Below, piece by piece: positions 1 to 9,600 of a DNA stretch of 35,435 nt. Source of the stretch: a virus (lineage: Duplodnaviria; Caudoviricetes); IMG/VR virus record IMGVR_UViG_3300005077_000061, positions 1 to 35,435 of that record. One strand, given 5' to 3'. Both the position numbers and the translations under genes were made by a program. Within the stretch, counting starts at the first letter, position 1. Each line of letters starts with the position of its first letter. The notes beneath the pieces were generated by a model that did no database searches, was not told where the DNA came from, and worked only from the letters and a program-made list of their open reading frames with translations.

Positions 1-1
1 G

Positions 2-409
2 ATAATTGCGAAACAAAGAAAATGGGCCGATGAATATATAGCACATAATGAAAAGTATAAAGATAATAATAATGTGATTAATCCTGAAAAAGCAAAAGAA
101 ATATTGGCACAACAGAAAGAGAAATATTTTAGTAATTACGATGACAAACAATATAACGAATTTGTAGAGGCTGTACAGAAACATACATTTGATATGCGTG
201 ATTTCCACAGAAGTATTTATTTTGATGATTACATCAAACGTGCTAAGGAAGACGGCATTAAAATTGGTAGGAAAGAGCTTGCTAAAGAAATATCAAAAAG
301 CGGTTATGATGTTAAGTGGGAAAAAGAAGATAAGCCAGTTAACAATTATAACGCTAAAGATGCGTTCGATTTCCATAATTCAAGGAGTCGGACATTAAAT
401 GGATTATAG
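2..409 (+). CDS. 5'-truncated charged helical protein, probable capsid scaffolding protein (C-terminal part)
   Basis: Frame 2 is open from base 2 (IIAKQRKWADEY...) to TAG at 407-409, so the 74..409 ORF is a fragment of a gene that starts upstream. Rich in K/E/D and lies immediately before the major capsid gene. Function is inferred from position. Confidence 0.5.
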   Translation: MIAKQRKWADEYIAHNEKYKDNNNVINPEKAKEILAQQKEKYFSNYDDKQYNEFVEAVQKHTFDMRDFHRSIYFDDYIKRAKEDGIKIGRKELAKEISKSGYDVKWEKEDKPVNNYNAKDAFDFHNSRSRTLNGL

Positions 410-442
410 TGTTAGGTATTATACAATAGTTAGGAGCAAATT

Positions 443-1942
443 ATGACACAACCGCCAATTCATCAAATGGGTGAATCATGGTCTACCCTGATTACTTCGG
501 GTGATATGCCACAAGAATTAAGGCTTAAAGGTATAGACGAAGGAACCAGGTTGCATTTTTTGACACGTGACATATCCAAATTCTCGCATTTTATTCATAC
601 GAGATTCCCTAAAACCAGAAAAGTAAGTGACAGGGTATATCGTGTAATGGAGATGGATGAATTTGATAGATATTATACTGTCAAAATAGCATCAGCAGAT
701 GATTATCATAAGAAATTTGGATTATCGAATGCACAGGCTGCACAGATACAGCCACAAGACATATTGTTCTGTAAGAATATTTTTGCTACAATTAAGTACG
801 AAGATATGGTTGCAGGTCAGGTATATCCGGCAAGCGGAGGGACTCAGGGAACAAATATAGGGCCCGATTTAGGATATGATGTAGGTGGTAATCCGACTGA
901 AGTATTATATTCTCGAACTAAAGGCCCGGATGATAACGGAGAATATTTTACTGATTACGAACAGATAAAAGTAACACAGGTAGAAAAACCTGATTCAGCA
1001 GGTGATGGCTATGCATATGTCCATGTAGAGAGGTATTATGCAGGCCCTCATTCTCAAGATAAAGGCGGTAAGCTTGTTAACCGTGCATTAGTTAATACAG
1101 GGATTACTACTTATGTTACAGATGCAGCTTTCCAAGTTGGTGACATTTTGTTACGTGGCACGCCTACATTTCTTGAAGGTACTCAGGCCCCAAATGGTGT
1201 ATATAAAAATCCTGAATCGGATAATAATTTTACACAGGAATTTAAGTATGCTGCCGAGAAAACACGTGAGTCTGATATTCCTAAATTAAACATCAAAATG
1301 AAACCAATGGATATAAATAAGCATCTTGTTTCAAGAAGGATGAACAGGGATATAGACGTAGCAATGTTATTCAATAAAAAAGGTATGACAAGCAGAGCCG
1401 GTAAGGAAGAATACATTGTAGGCGGTGTACATGAATTTATTATAAAAGACCCTTTGCATTACTTAATATATCAGGGTAATTCTTTATCATGGCCCGGCTG
1501 GCTGGATATGGGTAAATCTATTTTCGGCCTTGGCGGTGGTGAAGAAAGGGTAATATGGACATCGATTACTGTTGATGCAGAACTTCGAAAAATGTTTTAT
1601 AACGATCAGCACATGCGTTTCAATCCGTCTATGAGCCAAAAGTTCAATATGGAAGTTAATTCAATTGTGGTATCTGGCGGAACTCTTCATATCATACCTA
1701 TGCAGATAATGGAAGAATCCGGTTTCGAATCTGAAATGATATGTCTTGACATGACAAAACCTGATGCTTTTGAACCTGTAACAAACGAAGGATGGGATAT
1801 GTTTGTCGATAAAGGCCCTAATGGAAGAGGTATACAGGAGCCGGGTGTTATGATTTACAAAGAGCAGATTATCGGCATGAAGGGTTTAATGAGAAGATAT
1901 AGGCCATATCATTGTATAATAGATTTATCAACAGTAATTTAA
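443..1942 (+). CDS. Major capsid protein, HK97 fold, SU10-MCP/DUF5309-like
   Basis: 499 aa with AGGAG SD. Contains an E-loop-like segment (RVYRVMEMDE), EGTQAP..NFTQEFKY resembling the EG..A...N.TQIF motif, RDIDVAMLF, GGVHEF, and C-terminal KEQIIGMKGL. Long beta-rich insertion after the E-loop. Confidence 0.8.
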   Translation: MTQPPIHQMGESWSTLITSGDMPQELRLKGIDEGTRLHFLTRDISKFSHFIHTRFPKTRKVSDRVYRVMEMDEFDRYYTVKIASADDYHKKFGLSNAQAAQIQPQDILFCKNIFATIKYEDMVAGQVYPASGGTQGTNIGPDLGYDVGGNPTEVLYSRTKGPDDNGEYFTDYEQIKVTQVEKPDSAGDGYAYVHVERYYAGPHSQDKGGKLVNRALVNTGITTYVTDAAFQVGDILLRGTPTFLEGTQAPNGVYKNPESDNNFTQEFKYAAEKTRESDIPKLNIKMKPMDINKHLVSRRMNRDIDVAMLFNKKGMTSRAGKEEYIVGGVHEFIIKDPLHYLIYQGNSLSWPGWLDMGKSIFGLGGGEERVIWTSITVDAELRKMFYNDQHMRFNPSMSQKFNMEVNSIVVSGGTLHIIPMQIMEESGFESEMICLDMTKPDAFEPVTNEGWDMFVDKGPNGRGIQEPGVMIYKEQIIGMKGLMRRYRPYHCIIDLSTVI

Positions 1943-1952
1943 GGAGGATGAT

Positions 1953-2504
1953 ATGAATAAGAAATGGTTATTATTATTGTTGTTGCCTTTAATAACAATA
2001 ATTACGATGTCATCGATTCCTTATGAACCTTACGATAATTACAAAATTGTTGATAAGACATTTAGAATTGGTGCTTCAGGTGGTAGTTCAGATACATTGT
2101 TATTTGATTTTACCAAATATATGGATGTTGACAATGATACTTTGTCATTTATTCTTGAATTAATGGATTGTGACAGTCTTGGCAGTTCAACAATTACAGC
2201 AACATCGACAACATTTTGTTTGAATCCGAGTGTAATTACTGAAAACAGCGAAGACAGTCTGGAAATAATCGGAGTATTGCAACCTGTATCGCCATCTAAA
2301 TTAACGGAAGATACATTAACATTTACCGGATTATATAGTAATTATAAAGCATTCCATAAGTATAACAATACCGGCAGAGTTGTTTTCGGACCGAAAGTTA
2401 ATTTACCTGTTGGATGTGGAGCTGCTAAATTGTGGGTAAAAGTAATTAATTTTTATAATTCTGCACAAGATGTTCATATTAGAATATGGCGGGTAAGAAG
2501 ATGA
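1953..2504 (+). CDS. Hypothetical beta-rich protein with N-terminal signal peptide/membrane anchor
   Basis: AAGGAGG SD. N-terminus MNKKWLLLLLLPLITIITMS has basic then hydrophobic residues. The remainder is T/S-rich with beta-strand patterning. Confidence 0.75.
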   Translation: MNKKWLLLLLLPLITIITMSSIPYEPYDNYKIVDKTFRIGASGGSSDTLLFDFTKYMDVDNDTLSFILELMDCDSLGSSTITATSTTFCLNPSVITENSEDSLEIIGVLQPVSPSKLTEDTLTFTGLYSNYKAFHKYNNTGRVVFGPKVNLPVGCGAAKLWVKVINFYNSAQDVHIRIWRVRR

Positions 2505-2932
2505 AAAGATTAATTCCGGTAATATTAATATTATGTCTAATCTTAAATAATATACTGTTTGGCTACGGGCCAAGCAGTTCAACATTAGATTCTTATAGTG
2601 TCAGTATAGGTTCTGGTACATGGGATACTACAATTATTACTAATGTAATGCCAAGTGGCGATTCAACAGGTATTATGATTGACATTAATCAGGACAGTAT
2701 ATCCGGGTATGTTTTGTATGATTATGTTACACCGAATGGTAATAGCAGTTCATCAACAATTTCGGAATATGATACTGCCATAACATTGAATGCTAATCTT
2801 AAAGGAGGATTTTCTTATGCTCTAAAAAGAAAAGCAGGTTCATATAAATTATATGTATATGTATTATTAAATAATATAAAAAGTGTAACACAGACTGTTA
2901 CTGTAACTCTTTATCAAATAAAATGGCAATAA
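2501..2932 (+). CDS. Hypothetical beta-rich protein with N-terminal signal peptide/membrane anchor
   Basis: ATG at 2501 overlaps the upstream TGA (ATGA), making it a likelier start than 2486. N-terminus MKRLIPVILILCLILNNILFG, followed by S/T-rich beta-sandwich-like sequence. Confidence 0.75.
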   Translation: MKRLIPVILILCLILNNILFGYGPSSSTLDSYSVSIGSGTWDTTIITNVMPSGDSTGIMIDINQDSISGYVLYDYVTPNGNSSSSTISEYDTAITLNANLKGGFSYALKRKAGSYKLYVYVLLNNIKSVTQTVTVTLYQIKWQ

Positions 2933-2945
2933 TAAAGGAATAAAT

Positions 2946-3230
2946 ATGAAGCAATGTTTTTTATTGAGAAGTCTTCATTCGTCACTTAACGGACTTGCCC
3001 CTGATGATAAAATAGTATTCATTAAACAGGGTACATTATCAGGAGGTTCATTGTCTGTAGACGTAAGTGATGAATTCGAAGATGGGGCAATATTAGAATA
3101 TGTATTACTCAAGAATTCTTCTGCTGTATCAAGTGGAGCAATAACAGTAACGAATACTGCAATTGCTGACACTGCTACAGTAGATGTAATGATTATTGGA
3201 AAATCTTGTGATTTAAGGCAGGACGATTAA
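2946..3230 (+). CDS. Small beta-rich virion protein, possible head decoration
   Basis: AAAGGA SD, 94 aa, located in the head module and coupled to the next gene by TAATG. Function is inferred. Confidence 0.55.
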   Translation: MKQCFLLRSLHSSLNGLAPDDKIVFIKQGTLSGGSLSVDVSDEFEDGAILEYVLLKNSSAVSSGAITVTNTAIADTATVDVMIIGKSCDLRQDD

Positions 3231-3985
3231 TGCTGTACAGATGGCAAGCACATAACGACTTAGCCCTATCTGTTGGTGATGCAATTACCATAACAAGTGA
3301 TATGGAAAATAATTTAGAAGCATTGCCTGATGGAGCAAGATTTAATGCTTACCATAGAGATAACGCATTATATAGGGCTGAATTAGAAATATTAAGGAAA
3401 ATAATATCTTCGATGATAAGCCTTGACAATAAAACAATAGCTACATTTTTACAGCGCATGCTACCCAATATGATATATAATTCAACAGACGCTAATTTTT
3501 CAGAAATGACAGAAAATATTTATGGGCTTAGGGAATTGCAGGCAACAGTAAGCAATGTAGCTATTGTTATAGATTTAATGTATATGGGAACTAATTATTG
3601 GTACCCGATACCAATCAAAGACAGGATTACCGCTCATGGATTATTATCAAGTAGAAACAATACCCAAATTCCTGATTTATTCGCATTACTCCACCAATTG
3701 AACGGCCAGACTATTATATCTGTTTATGATGGCAAGGAAGAAATAGAGTCTCTTGATACAATTAGATATTCATATATACCATATCCGGTACATCCATACA
3801 CTTTAAACAATAATGATTTAATAATAATGGAAGACGGCTATACATCAATGATGATAGCTTATGCAAAAATGTACTTATTAATTGATAGCCAAGAAATTGA
3901 TTCAGCATCATTTTTACAGCTTGAATTAGGAGGATATGAAAATGCCAATAACAGGTATTCAAACAACAATTTACCGCCTCAGTAA
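3230..3985 (+). CDS. Putative head-tail adaptor / tail ring protein
   Basis: TAATG-coupled start. N-terminal helices (DNALYRAELEILRKI) and C-terminal YSYIPYP...DLIIMEDGYTSMMIAYAKMYLL match the pattern of podovirus adaptor/tubular proteins. Confidence 0.55.
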   Translation: MLYRWQAHNDLALSVGDAITITSDMENNLEALPDGARFNAYHRDNALYRAELEILRKIISSMISLDNKTIATFLQRMLPNMIYNSTDANFSEMTENIYGLRELQATVSNVAIVIDLMYMGTNYWYPIPIKDRITAHGLLSSRNNTQIPDLFALLHQLNGQTIISVYDGKEEIESLDTIRYSYIPYPVHPYTLNNNDLIIMEDGYTSMMIAYAKMYLLIDSQEIDSASFLQLELGGYENANNRYSNNNLPPQ

Positions 3986-4778
3986 TGATTGGACCCACGA
4001 AAAAATTGCTAACGAAGCTCAGGTATTAACTAATACATTAGATAACGAATTCATACAATTATCTAATGTACGGGCACATATTAATGTTAACATATCTTAT
4101 CTTGCAGAATTATTAAATTTAGCGGCATTCCCTTTTTATCAGATATGGATGACAGGGGCATTCGAATCGGCATTACATCCATCTGGCCTTGAGTATATTA
4201 ATCTTGGAACAACCATTGGCGGTTATGTACCATTCAGGATTATATCATCAATAAGAAGAATTAATTTTGTAAAGAACGGTGAAGAATCAGATTGGTGTTT
4301 AAACGTTGCAAGACAGGATATAGCGAAATTAACATCATTAGCATCAGGACAAAATCTACAGTATTATCAATCCATTCTGTGGAATTGGTCTGGTAGCGAT
4401 TTATTATTTTATGTTGGCGATGATATAGAATCTGCCAACAGAGATATAACAGATGTAAGTTATGACATTACATCACAAGTAATAAACATTTTTGCTACAA
4501 GGAATCCATTGCTTGATGATATGCTGGCAGAAAATGTATCAACTACTTACAGGCAACCAATCGATTTGCCTGATAAATATGTAAAATTATTACTTGGTTT
4601 AGTACAAAAAAGTATACTAAATCAATTAAGCCGTGAACCACCGGCACAATTAGAAGCTGAAATCAATCAGGGGATAGCAATGATTAATCAGGAAATTGCA
4701 CAAGAGATACAGCACTCTCAGCAGATTATTGATAAATATGCTTATGGTAATTTATCACAACGGCAGGGGCAGATATAA
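3942..4778 (+). CDS. Putative head-tail adaptor / tail ring protein
   Basis: GGAGG at about 3929-3933 favours ATG 3942 over 3936; the gene overlaps the upstream one by 44 nt. C-terminal ATRNP...PIDLPDKYVKLLLGLV followed by a helical tail is an adaptor-like pattern. Confidence 0.55.
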   Translation: MPITGIQTTIYRLSNDWTHEKIANEAQVLTNTLDNEFIQLSNVRAHINVNISYLAELLNLAAFPFYQIWMTGAFESALHPSGLEYINLGTTIGGYVPFRIISSIRRINFVKNGEESDWCLNVARQDIAKLTSLASGQNLQYYQSILWNWSGSDLLFYVGDDIESANRDITDVSYDITSQVINIFATRNPLLDDMLAENVSTTYRQPIDLPDKYVKLLLGLVQKSILNQLSREPPAQLEAEINQGIAMINQEIAQEIQHSQQIIDKYAYGNLSQRQGQI

Positions 4779-5005
4779 TGAATTGTAAATATTTATATAA
4801 TGGAAGATGTTATAATAATAAAAGGATTGAAAATGCAAAGTTTTTTAGAAGAATTAATAAGATTGATGGAATCCCAACAACAAAAAATTGCAAAGACTGT
4901 GAATACAGAGACGAAGCTAAAACCAATCCAAATGTTATTATTACAGCACGCAAAAGAACATCTTGGAAACAAGGAAATATCGGGCAACAGGGGTTGGGCT
5001 TCTAA
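4778..5005 (+). CDS. Possible small basic Cys4 protein overlapping the amidase gene
   Basis: TAATG-coupled to the upstream stop, with AGGGG about 8 nt upstream. Cys pattern is C-x7-C...CxxC. Most of it overlaps the CHAP ORF in another frame, so it may be spurious. Confidence 0.4.
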   Translation: MNCKYLYNGRCYNNKRIENAKFFRRINKIDGIPTTKNCKDCEYRDEAKTNPNVIITARKRTSWKQGNIGQQGLGF

Positions 5006-5546
5006 AACTTTTCAAAAAGCAATGTCTGCTGCCGGATGGTATATGAAAGCTCCTTGGTGTGCATTCTTCCAATTATATTTATGGAAATTAGTATTTGCTA
5101 TAGTATGGCCTGATGACTATATGTTACAAAAAAGAATAAAAAAATTAGGTTCGGGAAGTTCAAAAAAGTTATGGTTTAATTATAAAGAATCGACTGATTT
5201 TAATACAGGAAAAATACCTGCGATTGGTGCAGTAGCAATATGGAACTATGGCAAAATAAAAGGTGATATTATTAAATTGGGGGCACATGGACATGTAGAT
5301 GCCTGTGTAAGCGAAGTATATGATGCTGAGAATTTCAAGTCTATTGGCGGTAATGTTAATGATAGAGTATCCGAAAGAGTAAGAGACACAAGAAATCATA
5401 ATAATACTATATTCTTAGGATTTATTTACCCCCCAGGTATATCAGAAGAAACAGCCAGAATACAATTATTAATATCACAACAGAACAAAGACAGAATGAC
5501 TATGGAACAGAATAAAGATAATCCTACATTGGAAGGAACGAGATGA
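4833..5546 (+). CDS. CHAP-domain peptidoglycan amidase/endopeptidase (endolysin candidate)
   Basis: PWCAFF (Cys codon 5058-5060), PAIGAVAIW, GHVD (His codon 5292-5294), SIGGN and LGFIYP form the CHAP signature. AAAGGA SD at 4821-4826 favours ATG 4833 over 4800. Confidence 0.85.
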   Translation: MQSFLEELIRLMESQQQKIAKTVNTETKLKPIQMLLLQHAKEHLGNKEISGNRGWASKTFQKAMSAAGWYMKAPWCAFFQLYLWKLVFAIVWPDDYMLQKRIKKLGSGSSKKLWFNYKESTDFNTGKIPAIGAVAIWNYGKIKGDIIKLGAHGHVDACVSEVYDAENFKSIGGNVNDRVSERVRDTRNHNNTIFLGFIYPPGISEETARIQLLISQQNKDRMTMEQNKDNPTLEGTR

Positions 5547-6622
5547 TTTCTGTTGAGCAAGTATTAAGCCATGTCCAAAATGAATTGACTGACCAATCAT
5601 TTGAAAGAGTTGCATTAGGTGAATATCTTGTATTCATGAATGAAATTGCTATGGATATAGCAGAATTGACAAGAATATGGATAGGAAGATACATTGCAAC
5701 TCCGACTCCATTGGAAATGGATTATGACGATACCGTTATATATTATGTTGGTGATATAGTAACTTATAATAATTTATTTTATATATCTATTTATACTAGT
5801 CAGGGCCAAGTACCTCCAAATCCTACCTACTGGAGAGAGGCTACGGAATGGGATTCAGGAACATCATACGCCGTCAATGATTATGTTTATTGGAACTATC
5901 CCAAAGTCTATTACAAGGCTCTGGCTGTTAATAGTAATATAGAACCACCAAATGATGATTATTGGTATGTAATAGGAGATACTTCTTTATATCAGCACAA
6001 AGTCAATATACCATATACTGATTTAGATGGCAACACAATTGCACCATTTAAATTCCTTCGTGTTAGTCGTGGCAATTCTCATGATGGTTACATGAATACA
6101 GAAGAGTACTCATTGCAGTCTATAGGACGTTATACATCTGACAGGCCTGCATTTTTGCCTAATGATATTACACATGATGCCAATTCGTTTTCAACACAAT
6201 TTTTAAACGATATTAATCCTTTAAGCCCTACAATAGATAATGGATTAACATTAAATTTTGCAGAACCATTTCAAACGAATGAACAGGTAGTAATAGATTT
6301 TGTTCAGGGTAAACCATTTACAATAACCAAATGGGGGACAAATCCATCATTATTGATTCCGGATTTTATGAGAAATGCTTTCATATGGGGAGTATTATGG
6401 AGGGCAATGTCAAGACTATACAATAACGGAGACGACAGAATGTTTCCCAGAATGCAAAATGCAGAATTGAAATATCAGGGCCTAAGATTTCAAGGCACAT
6501 TGGGTAAAGTAGGCGGCTATTTGAGAGAAGCAATGGGTTATGCACGTAATTTCAAAGATATAGGTTCATCTATGGCTCCGCAGCCTTTAAAATATTTACC
6601 AAGGACAAAGGATTTTCGTTAA
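5543..6622 (+). CDS. Putative tail ring/adaptor protein with inserted tandem CBM5/12-like modules
   Basis: ATGA-coupled. Adaptor-like N-terminus (FMNEIAMDIA) and C-terminus (LLIPDFMRNAFIWGVLWRAM). Two internal [YW]D....Y.V.D.V.[YW]....Y........P.....YW repeats. Confidence 0.6.
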   Translation: MISVEQVLSHVQNELTDQSFERVALGEYLVFMNEIAMDIAELTRIWIGRYIATPTPLEMDYDDTVIYYVGDIVTYNNLFYISIYTSQGQVPPNPTYWREATEWDSGTSYAVNDYVYWNYPKVYYKALAVNSNIEPPNDDYWYVIGDTSLYQHKVNIPYTDLDGNTIAPFKFLRVSRGNSHDGYMNTEEYSLQSIGRYTSDRPAFLPNDITHDANSFSTQFLNDINPLSPTIDNGLTLNFAEPFQTNEQVVIDFVQGKPFTITKWGTNPSLLIPDFMRNAFIWGVLWRAMSRLYNNGDDRMFPRMQNAELKYQGLRFQGTLGKVGGYLREAMGYARNFKDIGSSMAPQPLKYLPRTKDFR

Positions 6623-9600
6623 TGAAAAAAAAAGTAACGGAACAAGTCAGCTTTATACAGGGCATAGTAGAAAACATTAAACAGGATGTTTTTGAACAAC
6701 ACGGATTACAAGGCTGTTTATATTTAGAAAATTATGATCCTAATCTTGAATTATTGTCTGTTGTAAAAAGAGCTGGACAAATACCTCTAATTAGTAATGA
6801 AGATGAAACAGTAGAAGTTTATAATGAAATAGTTACTAAAAAAAAAGATATAATAATTCCGTCACTTCAAGTATATACACCTGACCTAAAGAATTTTGAA
6901 TATTATAATATATATGACAAAATATTTCACTCTACAAGATTAAAAGTAAGCAATCCCGATTACAACGATAATATCATATTGTTTTTCAGGAGATTAATCA
7001 GTGATACAAGGCATGATTTTTCTCCTTATACATTTGATGATGGATATTACAATATAACAGGTACAGGTATTGTTAGTTATAGTCAAAACTACAAAAATGA
7101 CACATTGAAATTTAACGAACCATTTTATGACAATATGCCAAGTCCGGGATGGTATCCATTAGGAACATTCAGAGATATTGCAAGATGGGGAGAAACATTA
7201 TTATTTGTAACAACACTTGAATATCTGAATGAACAATATCACGGCCAATATAAAAATAATACAACAAAATATGATTATTGTAATGAATTATACCCATTAT
7301 ATAAATGGTATTATTGGGATATAAGCAATAAAAGAGAAGATGGCAATCATAAATATTGGTTTGGAATTGATTTCATACCCGACTTAAATACATCTACAGA
7401 TAATCCTTATCGAACATGGAAAGTGAAATATCCTTCTTTGAAATTATTCAGAAATAATAATATAGTAGGACAGGCATATATACATACGGTAAGGGATTAT
7501 TATCAAAACCACAGTGTAACAAGTTTAAAGCCAAGACGTGGCTTATTTACAGGTACACAGGCAAATCCATCAAATATAATACCGGTTGCCGGTGAAGATC
7601 TGAATCAATATATTAATTTTGTTTTTTACGAACAGGATATAATGCAAGACCCTTATTTTTCAGAAAACCCTGATAGCAAGATATATCAGTCACAATCTGA
7701 TATGGATACTTATGCTTTTGCTTATCATAGATGTAAAATGATTACAACATTAGAATTAACTAATAATGAAATTTACAACAAATTAATACGTGGATTAACA
7801 TCTACGCAACATGATGGCAACATGCATACAATACCGCAACAAATAATATTCAGATTAAAAGACGGCCGTATAATAAATGGAATGGGGCATCAATATGAAG
7901 CAGACTGGGAAGATGGTGTAGTAGAAATTTATCAAAGTTTGATACCATTAATATTCCCAAACTATGTAGATGAAAAATTACCTCGGCCTTGGTTATATCA
8001 CGATCGTATTCCTTACTTACTTACAATGGTCATTGATGGTGTTGAAATTATACTAAAAAGAGATACATATGTAGTAGGTTCACAAAATAACATCATAGAG
8101 CCTAATTCAAGATATATAGGGTTTCCAAGCTTAATGGCTGAATATGATGCTATTAGCCCAAGTTTTGACGGTGCAGATAAAAGATATGCAAAAAAAGTTA
8201 ATTTATTAAATGAGTTATCAAAAGATGCAACGGACACGACTGCAAGAATGGATTTTTATTTGCTTCCATATCAGTATAGGGATAATTACAATAATTGTTA
8301 TTATTACTATCCTGACCCTTGGTGCATATTGCGTTATATGCTTACTATCACATTAGAAGGTAGGCAATTGTTAATTGAAAATAATGTGCAATCAATAAAA
8401 TTGTATGTATCGACACCTAATCTTGAGGGGAAAACATTATTCAAAACAATCGGTACATCATTGCAGGAGCCTAATCCCGGAGTTTATGCTTTTCCTACTG
8501 TAACTGAATCTATGCAAATAGAAGAAAATGATATTGATAATTATGCCTTGGTAAAAGAATATGTTTTTGATGGTGAAGGACAGACAATAAGTGATAGTTT
8601 TTTTGACAGTTACAATGGCGAACCGGTCAAAACAAATGCTTGGAATATGGAAACAGGTACCCATGGTATGGTAATTGTCAGCAAAGGATTAGTAAATGAC
8701 GGTACTTATACAGTCAAAGAACAGCAATGGATAAATCCTATGTTTAATTGTAACAGATGGCTTGAAAGCAGTTGGTACGGAGCATCAGGCCACAATTTTA
8801 CAAAAGAAACATACTGGAATCCTGACAATATATTATGGGATTATCCTATTGTATCAAAACCGTTGAATCTCAACAGTTCAGGTAAATATTGGGAAGGTAT
8901 GGGAGCAGGCTTAATATGTGTAGTTAAAGGAAGACCTTTTATTGGTAAAACAATAGACAAGGACGGTAATGAAGAGCAGGCATTATTAAGAATGGCAGCA
9001 ATACAAAACGGAGTTATTTCAAGTGACTTATTTAATGATGAAGATTTTTTTAAAGTAGGCCATTTACCATTTACTGCATTAATAGAGTACAGAGAAGAAT
9101 TAATAATATTTAACCGTGAAACCTATTACAGGCTACAATTACCGGAAATTGCGAATCCTTTAACATGGGAATTTGTCGAAGTGACACATGAACATGGTGC
9201 TTTTAATCAAAAGTGTGTATGTAACACGCCGCACGGTATATGTTATGCTAATGAAAGTGGTATATGGATTACTACGGGTGGTTTACCAGAATCATTAACT
9301 AACAATCTTGCAAAAAATTTATCCGTTAATTCTATTTATAAAACATTATCTACCAATAAGCCGTATCTATTTTTAGATAATAATTATATAGGTATACCAA
9401 GAATTGACCCATTTTTAAAATACAATGCTTATATGGAATTAATGTATGATAGCGAGAACAATGAACTCGTATTTATTGCCCCTGTTAATCAGTCAATAGA
9501 TGATAGTCAATTTTTGTATACCGAAAATGATATAGACTGGATAGAATATTGTAAAAACAATAATATCAATTATGAAGAAACAACAGACAACAAATTAAAA

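Noticed and set aside
189-398. 69-aa alternate-frame ORF
   Set aside because: Nested within the longer frame that is open from the window start, with no SD or motif support.
6625-6633. A9 run near the start of the nozzle gene as a frameshift or phase-variation site
   Set aside because: It encodes KKK in frame, and A runs of similar length occur elsewhere in this A-rich strand.
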